NCBI RefSeq assembly: GCF_000143415.4
Contig: NW_003314264.1
Location: 1,566,733-1,630,732 of the forward strand
From: Selaginella moellendorffii
Taxonomy: Eukaryota > Plantae > Lycopodiophyta
DNA length: 64,000 bases
Reading direction: 5' to 3'
Shown here: positions 50,522-62,954 of the stretch, in pieces
Layout of the letters: each line of letters begins with the position of its first letter
Position numbering within the stretch: position 1 is the stretch's first letter
Notes under the pieces: model-generated
What the model was told of the DNA's origin: nothing
The model's input: the letters and a program-made list of their open reading frames with translations, nothing else
The model's database searches: none
Made by a program: the position numbers and the translations under genes

Positions 50522-53500
50522 CATAACACATTTCCGCAAGTCCCAAATGACTTACCCAATCGGTCTGGTCTCTCAAGATATAGCATCGCAAATAATCCTC
50601 CAGTTGCCTATTTACCCTTTCCGTTTGTCCGTCTGTCAAGAAATGTTAGTGCCATCAAACTTGACTTACATCCTCATTTGCTTGTAATAAATGAGTCTGT
50701 TGCGTTCTGCATAGCCCGTTTTCTCTTCCGTTGGCAGCTCACCTCTCTAATGAGCTTCCCGTGCCTCTAGATTCCTCAGCAACACTTCTTGTGCTAGACC
50801 ATCGTTCTCATATGCTGTCCGTACATCATCCCAAAAGGTTGCTGTCGCACTGGATATCACTAACTTCAAGCTTGCTTTTCGACTTAGCGCATCTGCCACA
50901 ATGTTGCTCTTCCCAGGCTTGTACAAAATCTCGCAATCAAACTCAACCAAAGCATTGGCCCACTGACCCTATTTCCCTCTCAGGTCGTGCTGTGTCAAGA
51001 AGTGTTTTGTTGCCACATTGTCCGTGTAAACCTTGAAGTGTCTCTCAAGGTAGTGTTGCCACTCCTTAAGCGCCTTGACCACCACAAACAATTCCTTCTC
51101 ATGGGCAGGCCACTTTCGTTGAGCTTTGTCCAACTTCTTCGAGAAGAACGCTACTGGATGGTTGTTTTGCTTTAAAACTGCGCCTAACACAAAATCTGAA
51201 GCATTCATTTCTACCTCAAAGTCCTTACCAAAGTTTGGTAATGCCAACATGGGAGCTTTCTTCAACTTCCCTTTGAGGTGGATAAATGCCACCTCGCATT
51301 CTGCTGTCCATACTATCTTCCCTTTTCCTGTTTGGTCCGTTAAGGTCAGGGTTACTCTCAAATAGTGTTTGATAAACTTTCAATAGTAGTTGTATAGCCC
51401 CAAGAATGCCCTTAACTCATTCGATGGTCGCTCCTAATCCTAGATTGCTTAGACCTTCTCAGGGTCCACCTTGAGCCCGTCTTTGCCCACCACATGCCCA
51501 AAAAACTTTACTTGTTGTTGAGCAAAGTCACATTTGCTCTGTTTAGCATACAGCTGGTGTTCCCTTAGTTTCTCAAACACCTTCGTCAAGTGTTCAGTAT
51601 GCTCCTTTAGCGTTTCGCTATAGATTAGGATGTCGTCAATATAGATGATGACAAAGTGATCTAGATAGGGTACAAAGATGTGGTTCATCAACGCCAAAAA
51701 CGTTACCGGTGCATTGCATAGCCTGAAGGGCATCACCAGAAACTCAAAGCTCCCATACCTTGTTTGACAGGTTGTCTTCTCAACATCTTCCTCTGCTACC
51801 CTGATCTAGTAGTATCCTGACTTTAGGTCAATCCTCGAGAAGTATTTTGCCTTTCCTAACCTATCGAACAGGTCCTCAATCCTTAGCAAAGGGTACTTGT
51901 TCTTCTTGGTATACTTGTTGAGCAACCGGTAGTCTATGCACATGCGCATAGATCCATCTTTCTTTTTCACAAATAACACTAGCGCCCCATACGACGACTT
52001 GCTCAAGCTAATATACCCTTTGTCCACCAACTCCTATAGTTGGCATTTGAGCTCTTCGAGTTCCTTTTCATTCAAACGATAGGGTGGATGAACCACCGCC
52101 TCAGCACCCTCGACCAGCTCAATTTTATGTTCTATCAGTCGTGCGGGGGGCAACCCTACCGATAGCTCCTCTAGCATGGTATCCTAGAATTGGTCCAACA
52201 CCCGCTGGATCATTAAAGGTACTTCTTCCATTCCTGTCTTTTTGTCATTTTTCACTGAGAGTAAGGATAGAAATGCTGCCTTGGTTCCTTTAGTGAGTTG
52301 TCCTCTCGTGAACATTAGGTTTAAGCAGGAATCTTTGGCCTTGCATTGCCTTACCTTTAGATCCTGGTCCTCCACCTTAGATCTCCTTCCTTGGGCATTC
52401 ACTAGTACCACAAGGTTCCTACCTTGTCCATGCAGGGCTACCACAAACCGATTGAACCAATCCATCCCGAAGATCACATTAAATCCTGCCATGTCCAACA
52501 CGGTGAAATCCATATTTACTTTCCATGTCCCTATTTTAACTCTCGTTTGTCAAAGTACCTCATTGGTGCTTTAGCTACCTTGAACAAACTCTATAGTCCT
52601 TGATTCGCCCAGCCGCTGCATTGTTAGTCTGGCTTGCCGGACTATGTCTGCAGCCACAAAATTATCCGAAGCACCCGTGTCAATAAGGATTTTAACAAAG
52701 CTACCTTCAATCTTCCCTCGAAGGGCTAGTAGACATCGCAAACGACTCTCTACCAAAGTTGCTCGTGTAATGAGTAACTTTGAGCTAGGGACTGGATCAT
52801 ATACCTCAATTTGGATTTCACTCGACTTAATGGCCATATTGGCTTTGGCTTTTTTCGGGTAGGGACATTCTCTCGAAAAGTGTCCCGCTTCACCACAGGT
52901 GTAGCATATGTTATTTCCCACATTGCTAAACAACTTGACCTTCTTATCCGTGGGTTTGTCTCTTTTTTCTTGACTCCCCCACGTACTCGCTCGCTGGCCA
53001 CCGGATCTGCCTTTCCGGAACCCCAAGGACTCATTCTTAGAGAAACTCTTCTTGAATTTCCCTTTGATATATGTTCCCCTTGGTTTGGCCCCTTTGCTAA
53101 ACGTGGACCCTGACACCGTCATGTTCCCCTTTCGCAGGTTATCGTTGAAATGCACCTTGATAGCTGCATCCAACGCTTCTTTGTAATTAGTCGGGTTCCA
53201 ACGCATTAACCTCGCCGCAAGCCCAGGTTTGCAAGCCTGATATGAAGGTATGGAAAACATCCATATCACCCATATCTGTGACTAGTATCCTCTTTGCTAT
53301 AAATCCATTCACATACTCTTGAATGGTTCCGGTCTGCTTCAACCTACTCAGCCCATCCCTTAAGTGCAGAGAAGCATTCAGAGGAACGTATGTTGCGCGG
53401 ATCCTTGCCTTCATCATTTCCCAAGTGGCCATCGGTCCTTCGTTGGCCTCCATCGTTCTCCACCAAGACTTGGCATTATCTGCCAAGTATGGTTTTGCAC

Positions 53501-54483
53501 ATGGGACCTTCTCCGAGCTCGGTAACCGCAACGCTCGGAAGTAGTCCTCTATATCGTAAAACCAATCCTCCACCACCTTATAGTCGTTCACTCCTTTGAA
53601 GACCGGTGGGGGCTTTGGTTTGTACTTGGGAACTGCCTAAGGGACTGATTCCACTTCGGTCTGTTCAACCTTGTATGGTTTTGCCTCAATCCCTATTGAA
53701 GGGTCTGCACCTTCTGCGCTACCAGCATCCGCAGTCTTTTGCTTTTTCTTCCGCTTCTCGTCATGCTTTAGCTTGCACACGAGAGTCTCCAACAGGGCAT
53801 TGGTCTATGCCAATTGTCCTTCTAGAACGTCCAATCAAGCCTTAGACGATTGAACCTCGCCATCGAACTCCTGTTTGGAAGTTTCCTCACTGGAGTCCTC
53901 CTCATGCAAGGATTCCTCATCCATAGCCTTTTGTTCGACTGGAGGCTCCAGCTCTGGTGGAGGTTTTATCTCCGCCTTGGTTCGTTTCTGCTCTGCCTTT
54001 GCCATCTCCCAGCAATCCGCCTCTATCCTTTGCTAGAATTGAGGAAAAGGCTCCAATACCAAATTGTAAGCCACAAAATTTTCCTTTCCAATTTGCCAGC
54101 TTACCTCGTCTATCCGACTGACACTGCCTTGGCTTTTGCTAAATTTCTTCGCGAAGGTTCCCGCTTATTGTACCAGCTCCTACTTGGTCCTACTTGGTTT
54201 CAACTACTCACTACATGAGCAACAAAGTGTTAGCCATCCATCCACGGATTCCCAAATCTCTCCCAATCCCCCTCCTCGGGTTAGAATGGACTTAAGGTTC
54301 GGCTATACTCCCCGCAGGCATAAGTAGCCAAGCACACCAAGCTTCCAGGTTCTTAACATCCCTTGGTACAACAAGATCTGATCATGGGACCCTCTAAATC
54401 CCAAGCCTTAGGTGCAACACTTGCTTCGGGACGCCGGGGCGAAACACCGTGGCCTAACCCCCCGGTTTGGGTTTTTTAAACTT

Positions 54484-54514
<31 letters not shown>

Positions 54515-55020
54515 CACTTCTATCCCAAAGGGAAGGCCCAAGCCCCTAGGAAGGGCGAGGACCAATGAGCCACAAGGTACTCAAGTGGGGCACCACTCCA
54601 CATGAGCCAGGAGCACTGCAATTGGTTTCCCTTTCGGGAGTGGGAGCTATTCTTGAGCACTTCCTTGGGTGGCCCCTCCGGCACCACCCAAGTCCATGCT
54701 CACTCCCACCCAAGGCCCCTCGGCCCCAATCTCAACCTCAAGTCAGTTTGGAAGCACCACTGGAGAGTTCCTTCAAGACTGGTTCCTAGACCTCACTATC
54801 CCTACTATACTTTTGGAACCCCCTGTAGCCTCCCCCCCCTACGCTTTGGGCTTTCACCCTTTGACCTGTATTAGTACTCGAACTCGGTCTTGAACTCGAT
54901 CTCAGACCCGACTTCGGACTCGGTCTCGGACCCGATTCGGATCTCGGACTCTGTCTCGAACTCGGTCTCAAACTCGGTCTTGAACTCAGTCTCTGATTCG
55001 GCCTCGGAATTGATCTCGGA
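50522..55020 (-). mobile_element. Second family B copy, inverted and truncated at both ends
   Basis: Partial LTR 54065-55020, PBS remnant 54049-54061; gag, PR (ILIDTGAS), RT (YIDD), RNase H and partial integrase on the minus strand. Confidence 0.92.
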
Positions 55021-56353
55021 TATGTACCCTCTTCCTCACATTGCTGATATCTTGAATTGTCTCGGGTGAAGTCGTTGGTTCACCAAGCTAGATCTTGCTT
55101 TTGGTTATTGACAAGTATTAATGGCCAAAGAAGATATTCCTAAGACTGCTTTTTGTACACTATTTGGTTTGTATGAGTTCTTGGTGATGCCATTTGGTTT
55201 GAACAATGCTACTGCAACTTTTCAGTGGATGATGGATGAGGTTCTTTATGATATTGCTGACTTCATTAATGATGTTTTGATCCACTCGGAGGGGATGTAG
55301 GAGGAGCATATTTATAATGTTTGTAAAGTGTTGGATCAACTACGGGAAATCATTGGTTTAAAGCTGAAGCGGTCCAAGTGCGTGTTTGGGTTCAAGGACA
55401 TGACTTATCTTGGGTATTGTATTTCTCGTGAGGGTTTGCAAGTTGATCCTAACAAACTTATGGCTATTCTAAAGTTCCCTACTCCAAAGTGTGTGAATGA
55501 TATGTAGCATTTTTTGGGCAAGGTGCAGTATTCTGGTCGTTTTGTGGATCATCTTTTTGATCGCATTGCACCATTGCAAGTGTTGTTGAACTCATCAACG
55601 TCATCTTCCATCTGGTCTCCGGATTGTGAGCGACCGTTCGTGGATCTCAAAGAGTTATTGACAACTCCTTCGGTTTTGACATATCTTGACTATACTCAAC
55701 ATTTTATTTTACACGTGGATGTTTTTAATATTGGTCTTGGAAGTGTGTTGATGCAAGAGAGCCTAATTATGCCTAGTAAGTGCCATCCCATTGCATATAT
55801 AAGCCATACATTACAATTAGCAGAGGTGAATTACTCCATGATAGAGAAGGAGTGTTTAATAGCAGTTTGGGGTTTTAAAAAACTTCATGCATATCTACAT
55901 GGTCTCCAGATTCTAAAGGTGATCATGCTGTTATTACTTCATTATTGAAGTGAAAGAACTTGGTTGGTTGTATTGCTCAATGGGGTTTGAAGCTTTAAAT
56001 ATATGATTTTGATGTTGTTTATCACCCAAGGAGTTTTATGGCTAATGCTGATGCCTTTTCTCAAGATTCATACAAAAGGATAAAAAACAGTTAATACCAC
56101 CTACAAATCCACCAATGCTTCCTCCTGATGTTCCTTTAGATCCTGGCCCATCTACAAAAGAACTCTAATGGTCTTCCATTATTCTAAGAGAAGGGGATGA
56201 TGTGAGGTCCAAATGTACGGTTATGATGCCATATATAGTGGGATTTTAGCAGCCATCGGATTGGTTTCAATTTAGACCACTCACTTCTGTATATAAATTA
56301 GGGTTTTTGGGCTAATTAATATACATATTTTTTGTATTTTCCATACACTCACA
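55021..56353 (+). mobile_element. Decayed family A RT-RNase H, internally deleted, with PPT and 3' LTR (about 56200-56353)
   Basis: GKVQYSGRFVDHL..HPIAYISHTLQLAEVNYS matches the intact pol; probably the 3' part of the copy that starts at 49791. Confidence 0.88.
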
Positions 56354-56816
56354 ATCTAAAATTTTAGAGGTTTTTATTTCTGACCTAATTTAAATAATAA
56401 ATTCACTATGTGAGGGCCAAGTGTACGGCTACGATACCGTATACTAATATTAGCGTAGTGGATTTTGGTAGCCGTCGGATTGGTTTCAATCCGGACCACT
56501 CGCTCCTGTATATAAGCTAGGGTTTTTGGGCTAATTGATATGCACATTTCTGTATTCCCTTTCCATATTCCATGCACTCACATTGGTGGAGGTGATGGGC
56601 ACCTTTGATTGTCCCTGGGGAGTGCTTGGATTTGGAGATTTTGGTTTAGATCTAGCTTTTCCATTGTCTAGATCTAGCTTTTTCCATTTCCTTTCTTTTG
56701 TTCTTTCCTTTCAGGATTTTGGTTTAGATCTAGCTTTTTGCATTGTCTAGATCTACCATTTCTTTCCAGCTTTTTGTCATTTCTCTTCTTTTGCTCTTTC
56801 TTTCTCATTCATTTTC

Positions 56817-57749
56817 ATGGCCGATCCGCAATCTCCTCCTTTGACTCTAGAGCAGCAGTTGGTTCAATTGCTTGATGCTATGCGCCTGCAATTGAACAAC
56901 CAAACTCAGTTGATGGCGGCGTTCACGGCACATGGTACAACTCCTCCTGCTTTTGGTGCCAATCCTCGCGTTCGGCCGGAGTTCTTTCGTGGGAATCCTG
57001 GGGATGATGTGTACCATTGGTTCGATCACTTCACGGTGATTGCCACATATAATTCTTGGGATGATGCTCGACGTTTGCGGGAGTTCCCCACATGTCTTCA
57101 AGGGACGGCATTGCAGTGGTACAATGGATTGAGCGCAGCTACTCGTGGCGATTGGAGTGTTCTTCCGGACGTCTTCAAACGCGCCTTTGGACACGCCGAC
57201 GATTGTGATGATGCCTTCCAACAATTGCATCGTCTTCGCCAAGGGCTATCTGAGTCGGTGATGCAATTTGGCGTTCGTTTCCGAAGTCTTTTGCTTCGTG
57301 TGGAGCCAAATATGTTGGAGCGGATCAAGCTAGGAATGCTGTGGCCAACACTTCGTCAAGATCTTGTCGGACTTGTGCATGCACTTGCTCCTGCCACTCT
57401 TGACGATGCTCTTCGCTTGGCACAACGTTATGAGACGTCGCCTCTTCCACTTCTTGCTACACGTCCTTCAGCTCCACTTCCTATGAGTGATGGTCCTGTT
57501 CCCATGGAGGTTGATGCTGCTGCTACTCGAGTCCAAGGACAAGGGCGAGGACGTGGTCGTGGCCGTGACATTCGTTGCTGGGCGTGTGATGAAGTTGGTC
57601 ATACTTATCGGCGTTGTCGGCGCTTTCCAGATTGGCGACCTCCATTTCCTGGGTGGAGACCTTGGCGTCAGCAACGTCCCGTTGGTGCTGCTGCGGTGGA
57701 AGGTTTGGATACCGAGGTGCATTTGGGAAACGAGGAGTCGCGCGAGTAA
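56817..57749 (+). CDS. gag: Gag with CCHC zinc knuckle
   Basis: 310-aa ORF; LQGTALQWY, LRQGLSESVMQF, PVPMEVD, CWACDEVGHTYRRC. Confidence 0.95.
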   Translation: MADPQSPPLTLEQQLVQLLDAMRLQLNNQTQLMAAFTAHGTTPPAFGANPRVRPEFFRGNPGDDVYHWFDHFTVIATYNSWDDARRLREFPTCLQGTALQWYNGLSAATRGDWSVLPDVFKRAFGHADDCDDAFQQLHRLRQGLSESVMQFGVRFRSLLLRVEPNMLERIKLGMLWPTLRQDLVGLVHALAPATLDDALRLAQRYETSPLPLLATRPSAPLPMSDGPVPMEVDAAATRVQGQGRGRGRGRDIRCWACDEVGHTYRRCRRFPDWRPPFPGWRPWRQQRPVGAAAVEGLDTEVHLGNEESRE

Positions 57750-57788
57750 TGGAGGGACCTTGTGCGAATAAGTTAGTGACCCCTCCAT
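57725..57788 (+). promoter_or_regulatory. -1 programmed ribosomal frameshift signal (G GGA AAC plus H-type pseudoknot)
   Basis: In-phase heptamer 57725-57731, 6-nt spacer, stem 1 57738-57746/57759-57767, stem 2 57749-57756/57781-57788. Confidence 0.85.
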
Positions 57789-60700
57789 CTTTCTTTCGGG
57801 AGTATCATCAAGGGGTTCACTCGGCACCGGTTCATCCAGTGTTTACTTTCCAAGCTCGTTTTTATAACAAGAGGTCTCCTATTCTTCTCTCCGTGTTGGT
57901 TGATACAGGTTCGAGTTTATCTTCTATTGCTCGACCTGTTGCCACACGTTGTCGTCTACACTTGCGTCGTGCGGCGGATCCAATTTTCATTCTTTATGGC
58001 AACGGCCGTACACATGCATGTGCACGAGATGAGGCGGACCTGGTTGTGCGTGTGGGCAATCTCGAGCTTGAGTTGCAGTCGTTGCGGGTGGTGCCGAGTC
58101 AAGCTTTTGACCTCATTCTTGGTATGGATTGGTTGCAGCACAATCATGCCAAGTGTGACTTTGAGGTTTTTCCCCCTTGTCTCATACTTCCTTATGTTTC
58201 ATCCATTCCTCTCACTTCCGTACCTCTTCGTCCCTCTACTTCTACCTCTGCTTCCATTACTTTTGTTCCCCCATTATTTCCTCTTGTGTTTCCATCTTGT
58301 TCTGCTCTTCCCTTTTCCGATCTCTCCGACGATCTTTGTGTTGCAGCTGTTGACCAGCTCATGAAGGAGTATTTTGATCTCTTTGAATTTGACCTATCGT
58401 CTGGGGCCAAGATTGCCACACGTCATCCCATTCCAACCGGGGATGCTCGTCCAATCAAGGTTCCTGTTCGTCGTCGGTCACCCAAGGAGATCAAGATTTT
58501 ACGTGCAAACGTCAAGGAGATGTTGGAGAAGGGTGTTATTCGGAAGTCGCGGAGTCCTTGGGCATGTGAACCTCATCTTGTGACGAAGCCTGATGGGAGT
58601 ATTCGTTTCTGCATCGACTATCGTCCGTTAAATGACATGACGATCCCGGACGTGTACCCTCTTCCTCACACTGCTGATCTCTTGGATCGTCTGGGGCAAA
58701 GTCGTTGGTTCACCAAGCTAGATTTTGCTTCTGGGTATTGGCAAGTACCGATGGCTGAGGACAATATTCCTAAGACTGCTTTTCGTACACCATTTGGTTT
58801 GTACGAGTTTTTGGTGATGCCGTTTGGTTTGAACAATGCTCCAGCAACTTTTCAGCGAATGATGGACGAGGTTCTTTGCGATATGCCGGTGACAGCTGAC
58901 TTCATTGATGATGTCTTGATCCACTCGGAGGGGACGTGGGAGGAGCATGTTCGTGATGTTTGTAAAGTGTTGGATCGGCTACGTGACGTTGGTTTAAAGC
59001 TGAAGCGGTTGAAATGCGTGTTTGGGTCCAAGGACACAACTTATCTTGGGTACCGTATTTCTCGTGAGGGTTTGCAAGTTGATCCTGACAAACTTGTGGC
59101 TGTTCTAAAGTTCCCTACTCCGAAGTGTGTGAATGATGTGCAGCGCTTTTTGGGTAAGGTGCAGTATCTCGGTCGTTTTGTGGATCATCTTTCCGATCGC
59201 ACTTTACCATTGCGAGTGTTGCTGAAGTCATCAACGTCATCTTTCATCTGGTCTCCCGATTGTGAGGGGGCGTTCGTGAATCTCAAAGAGCTATTGACGA
59301 CTCCTCCGGTTTTGGCATATCCTGACTACACTCGACCTTTTATTTTGCGCGTGGATGCTTCTGACATTGGTCTTGGAGGTGTGTTGATGCAAGAGAGCTC
59401 GAGTGTGCCTGGTCAGCGCCATCCCATTGCATACATAAGCCGTACATTACAACCAGCGGAGATGAACTACTCCACGACGGAGAAGGAGTGTTTAGCAGCA
59501 GTCTGGGGTTTCGAGAAACTTCATGCCTATCTACATGGTTCTCGGACGTTACTTGAAGGTGACCATGCTGCTGTTACTTCATTATTGAAGCGGAAGAACC
59601 TGGTTGGTCGTACGGCTCGATGGGCTTTGAAGCTTCAGATATATGATTTCGATGTTGTTCATCGCCCAGGGAGTTCTATGGCTGATGCTGATGCCCTTTC
59701 TCGAGCTCCTCTTCCTTCTCCACTCACTTCTCATGTTTCTGACGAACCTGTTGTTCCAGCATCTGTGGATTTTCTAGATGAGGATTCTGTGCTGTCGGCG
59801 GTTGCTGTCCTTGACGTTCAATGTCCACAGGGCGTAGAGCAAGATCTACCTTCTCTGGATGAGGTTCACGAGGCTCAAAAGATTGAGCCGTGGATTCGAA
59901 GGCTTCGAGATGGGTTTGAGAATCCTGCATCACTTGCTGATGACTTGCCTTTTCGGCATTTACATTCTCAATATCGCCTTGAAGATGGCCTTCTTTATTT
60001 TGTGGGGACGGATCCTGATGCTCATTTACGGCTGGTGGTGCCTTCGGTGTTTATTCCGCGGTTTCTCCATGCCTACCATGATTCTCCTATTCTAGGTGGG
60101 CATATGGGACACCGTCGTGTCACCGAGAAGTTGCGCAGATCTTTCTATTGGCCAGAGATGCGACGTGATATTATCCGGTATGTGCGTAGCTGCGTTTGGT
60201 GCCAAGCTCGTAATACTCCCCCTTGTGCTGCGGAAGGACGGTTGGAGTCAATTGCAGTTTCTCGTCCGTTTGAGTTGGTGGCGTTTGATCTTATGGGACC
60301 TTTTCCGCGATCGACTGCTGGCAATGAGTATGTTATTATTGCTTCTGACTACTTGACTCGTTGGGTGGAAGTTGGTGCTCTTGCTAGTGCCTCTGCAACT
60401 GCTGTTGGATACTTCCTCCTCAATCGAGTGGTGTTCCAGCATTCTTGTCCAGAACGGATTCTTTCGGATAATGGTCCTGCATTTATGGCTGAGGTATTTC
60501 ATGTTTTGACATCTCGGTTGGGGATACGCCACACTTTTACGAGTGCTTATCATCCACAATCAGACGGTCTGGTGGAACGGCTCGTTCAGACGTTCAAAGG
60601 GATGATTGCGAAGTATGTGAACTTTCAACATTCGGATTGGGATGGTTATTTGCCGTCTCTTCGGTATGCTTATGTCACAGGGGTGCAGAGTTCTGTTGGT

Positions 60701-61210
60701 GCTTCACCATATAAACTTTTATATGGTCATGATCCAATATTACCAACAGAGCTAGGTTTACCTTCGCGATTGCCACGAGCTCCTGATGCTAGGTCATGGG
60801 ATCAATATTTGACAAGCATTCTTCCACTTGTCCGAGCAGAGTCTGCTGAACACTTAGGCCGCGTACAAGTGGGACAACAACGGCGCTACAATTCCCATCA
60901 TCGTCCACCAGCGGAGTACAAAGTGGATGATTTGGTGTTAGTCCGTTTTCCCCATCTTACGGTACGTGGTTTATCTAAGGGGCTCCTTGCGCAGTGGAAA
61001 GGACCGTATCGGGTGTTGCGGCAAGTTGGACCACAAGTTTATAAGGTTCGGCATGACGTTCAGCAGGCCGATCCTCCGGAGATTGTGCATGTGCAGCGGT
61101 TAAAACGCTTCATACAGAGGGATCAGGAGCAGTTAATACCGTCTACAGATCCACCGATGCCTCCTCCTGACGTTCCTCCAGATCCCGGCCCATCTACAAG
61201 AGAACCCTGA
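57725..61210 (+). CDS. pol: Pol (protease, RT, RNase H, integrase), reached by -1 frameshift
   Basis: LVDTGSS; RFCIDYRPLN..FIDD; DASDIGLGGVL; GGHMGH..CVWCQ; FDLMGP/SDNGPAF/DGLVER; WKGPYRV. Overlaps gag in the -1 frame. Confidence 0.95.
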   Translation, partial: GKRGVARVMEGPCANKLVTPPSFFREYHQGVHSAPVHPVFTFQARFYNKRSPILLSVLVDTGSSLSSIARPVATRCRLHLRRAADPIFILYGNGRTHACARDEADLVVRVGNLELELQSLRVVPSQAFDLILGMDWLQHNHAKCDFEVFPPCLILPYVSSIPLTSVPLRPSTSTSASITFVPPLFPLVFPSCSALPFSDLSDDLCVAAVDQLMKEYFDLFEFDLSSGAKIATRHPIPTGDARPIKVPVRRRSPKEIKILRANVKEMLEKGVIRKSRSPWACEPHLVTKPDGSIRFCIDYRPLNDMTIPDVYPLPHTADLLDRLGQSRWFTKLDFASGYWQVPMAEDNIPKTAFRTPFGLYEFLVMPFGLNNAPATFQRMMDEVLCDMPVTADFIDDVLIHSEGTWEEHVRDVCKVLDRLRDVGLKLKRLKCVFGSKDTTYLGYRISREGLQVDPDKLVAVLKFPTPKCVNDVQRFLGKVQYLGRFVDHLSDRTLPLRVLLKSSTSSFIWSPDCEGAFVNLKELLTTPPVLAYPDYTRPFILRVDASDIGLGGVLMQESSSVPGQRHPIAYISRTLQPAEMNYSTTEKECLAAVWGFEKLHAYLHGSRTLLEGDHAAVTSLLKRKNLVGRTARWALKLQIYDFDVVHRPGSSMADADALSRAPLPSPLTSHVSDEPVVPASVDFLDEDSVLSAVAVLDVQCPQGVEQDLPSLDEVHEAQKIEPWIRRLRDGFENPASLADDLPFRHLHSQYRLEDGLLYFVGTDPDAHLRLVVPSVFIPRFLHAYHDSPILGGHMGHRRVTEKLRRSFYWPEMRRDIIRYVRSCVWCQARNTPPCAAEGRLESIAVSRPFELVAFDLMGPFPRSTAGNEYVIIASDYLTRWVEVGALASASATAVGYFLLNRVVFQHSCPERILSDNGPAFMAEVFHVLTSRLGIRHTFTSAYHPQSDGLVERLVQTFKGMIAKYVNFQHSDWDGYLPSLRYAYVTGVQSSVGASPYKLLYGHDPILPTELGLPSRLPRAPDARSWDQYLTSILPLVRAESAEHLGRVQVGQQRRYNSHHRPPAEYKVDDLVLVRFPHLTVRGLSKGLLAQWKGPYRVLRQVGPQVYKVRHDVQQADPPEIVHVQRLKRFIQRDQEQLIPSTDPPMPPPDVPPDPGPSTREP

Positions 61211-62954
61211 CGGCCTTCCATTATTCCGAGAGGAGGGGATGATGTGAGGGCCAAGTGTACGGCTACGATGCCGTATACTAATATTAGCGTAGTGGATTTT
61301 GGTAGCCGTCGGATTGGTTTCAATCCGGACCACTCGCTCCTGTATATAAGCTAGGGTTTTTGGGCTAGTTGATATGCACATTTCTGTATTCCCTTTCCAT
61401 ATTCCATGCACTCACAACTATATTTAGTATTAATAAATATATACTATAAAATCCTTATTTTCCAATGTCTTTGATTCCTCTAACCATGCATTTGAATGTT
61501 AAACATTGATTTCTTGAGAAAAGTGAGATTGTTATTATAGTTGTAAAGTGTTCATTTCAAATTTAAAGCCTATTTCAACTAAAGCATAAAGCTCCAAATT
61601 CATCAATTTCACTCAAATAACCAAATATATAGTTTATTTTTTGGTGTTTGGATTATTGATATTGCACAGCCCATGTGTCCAAAACTTTAGTAGGACATAA
61701 CCATATGAATTGATCACATTGTTTTGGAGGATTGCCATATTGTTTTCATCTACAAAATCAATCAGCTGGAGTGTGTAAAGTTCATATAATAATTTTCTTA
61801 CCACAAAATATTCCTCTAATCCAAACAAAATATTTGACTGTAGAACTTGCTCTAGGTTGACATATAGCTCACTAAATCTTATGAATATTTTGTTCTTTGA
61901 CTTAGAAGTAGCTAAACTTTTAATTGCTCAAAAGCATTGGTCCTCTATGTTCTATAGTTACATACTCATGCCTAGGACGGTCCAAGTTTCTTGATCGCAT
62001 AGGCTCACTTACTCATTGTTTTCTTCTGATAGTTTTTAAGGTTCTCAATTGGTTTTATTGTAAATTAAATTCCAATAGCATTTAAAGGTGATCCCATCAC
62101 TTTGTGAGGTTGTAACCAAGAGGTTATGTCAATGTTATAATAAATAAACATCTCACCAAATCTTTAAAATTATATGTATTTTATCATAACTTAGCCTTTT
62201 ATATAAGAGTGCATAAAGGTCTATTGTAAGGTAGAGATGACCAAATCATTCTAGAAAGTTTTATATTAAAATATGCATTTAGAGCAACTTGTTTTCAATA
62301 GTGGGTAGCAAGTATTTTAAAACTCATTTAATAAAGAAAGAGAATTAATAAAGAAATCAATGCCTGTAGTTCTTTATCTGAGAAATAATTGAAGTCTGTA
62401 AATGTAGAAAACAACTAAACCACCGTGCTAGCTAAGTCTGTAGTTCTAAACTTGTATTCCCTATAAACATTACCTTCAACCCACTAAAATGTATAAACTT
62501 GTATTACTTATTTAAATCTTCTAAAGTGTTTGTACTTTTTAAACTCTAGCACAACCAATTGTGATTATCATGGCATTCACCTCAAATGCATTTCTCTATG
62601 TGTTTATGTAACTCTACTCTTAATAGAGAAAACAACTCCTCTTTCAGATAATTAAAACTTTATTTTTGCCACCATTATAGATAATTTTAATGCTTTTTCA
62701 ATTGTTTTGTGCTTCATTACTCATGAAATTGTAAAGCATTTGTGATGTTGAAAATTTTATTTCAACTTGATATGTGTTGTTCAAAAAAGAACTTAAAATG
62801 ACATTTCTTTCAAATAACTATCACCATCAAGGATTATACTCTATATAAAAGGATTTTCTAATAAAGAGAACTTAAATAAAGAAGTTCACAAAAATATTTT
62901 ATACACTAAAGAATATTCTATTAAGGTTTTAGTTGTAATATTTTTATTAAATAG

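Larger units (their letters stand above)
56409..61416 (+). mobile_element. Intact young Ty3/gypsy LTR retrotransposon, family A (no chromodomain seen)
   Basis: 174-bp LTRs (56409-56582, 61243-61416; TG..CA; 2 differences by eye), 4-bp TSD ACTA, PBS TGGTGGAGGTG, PPT GAGAGGAGGGGATGA, open gag and pol. Confidence 0.97.

Noticed and set aside
54455-54515. Poly-C run of about 30 nt with garbled flanks (possible G-quadruplex)
   Set aside because: The homologous LTR (about 38585-38625) has ordinary sequence here; probably a low-quality read or assembly artefact.
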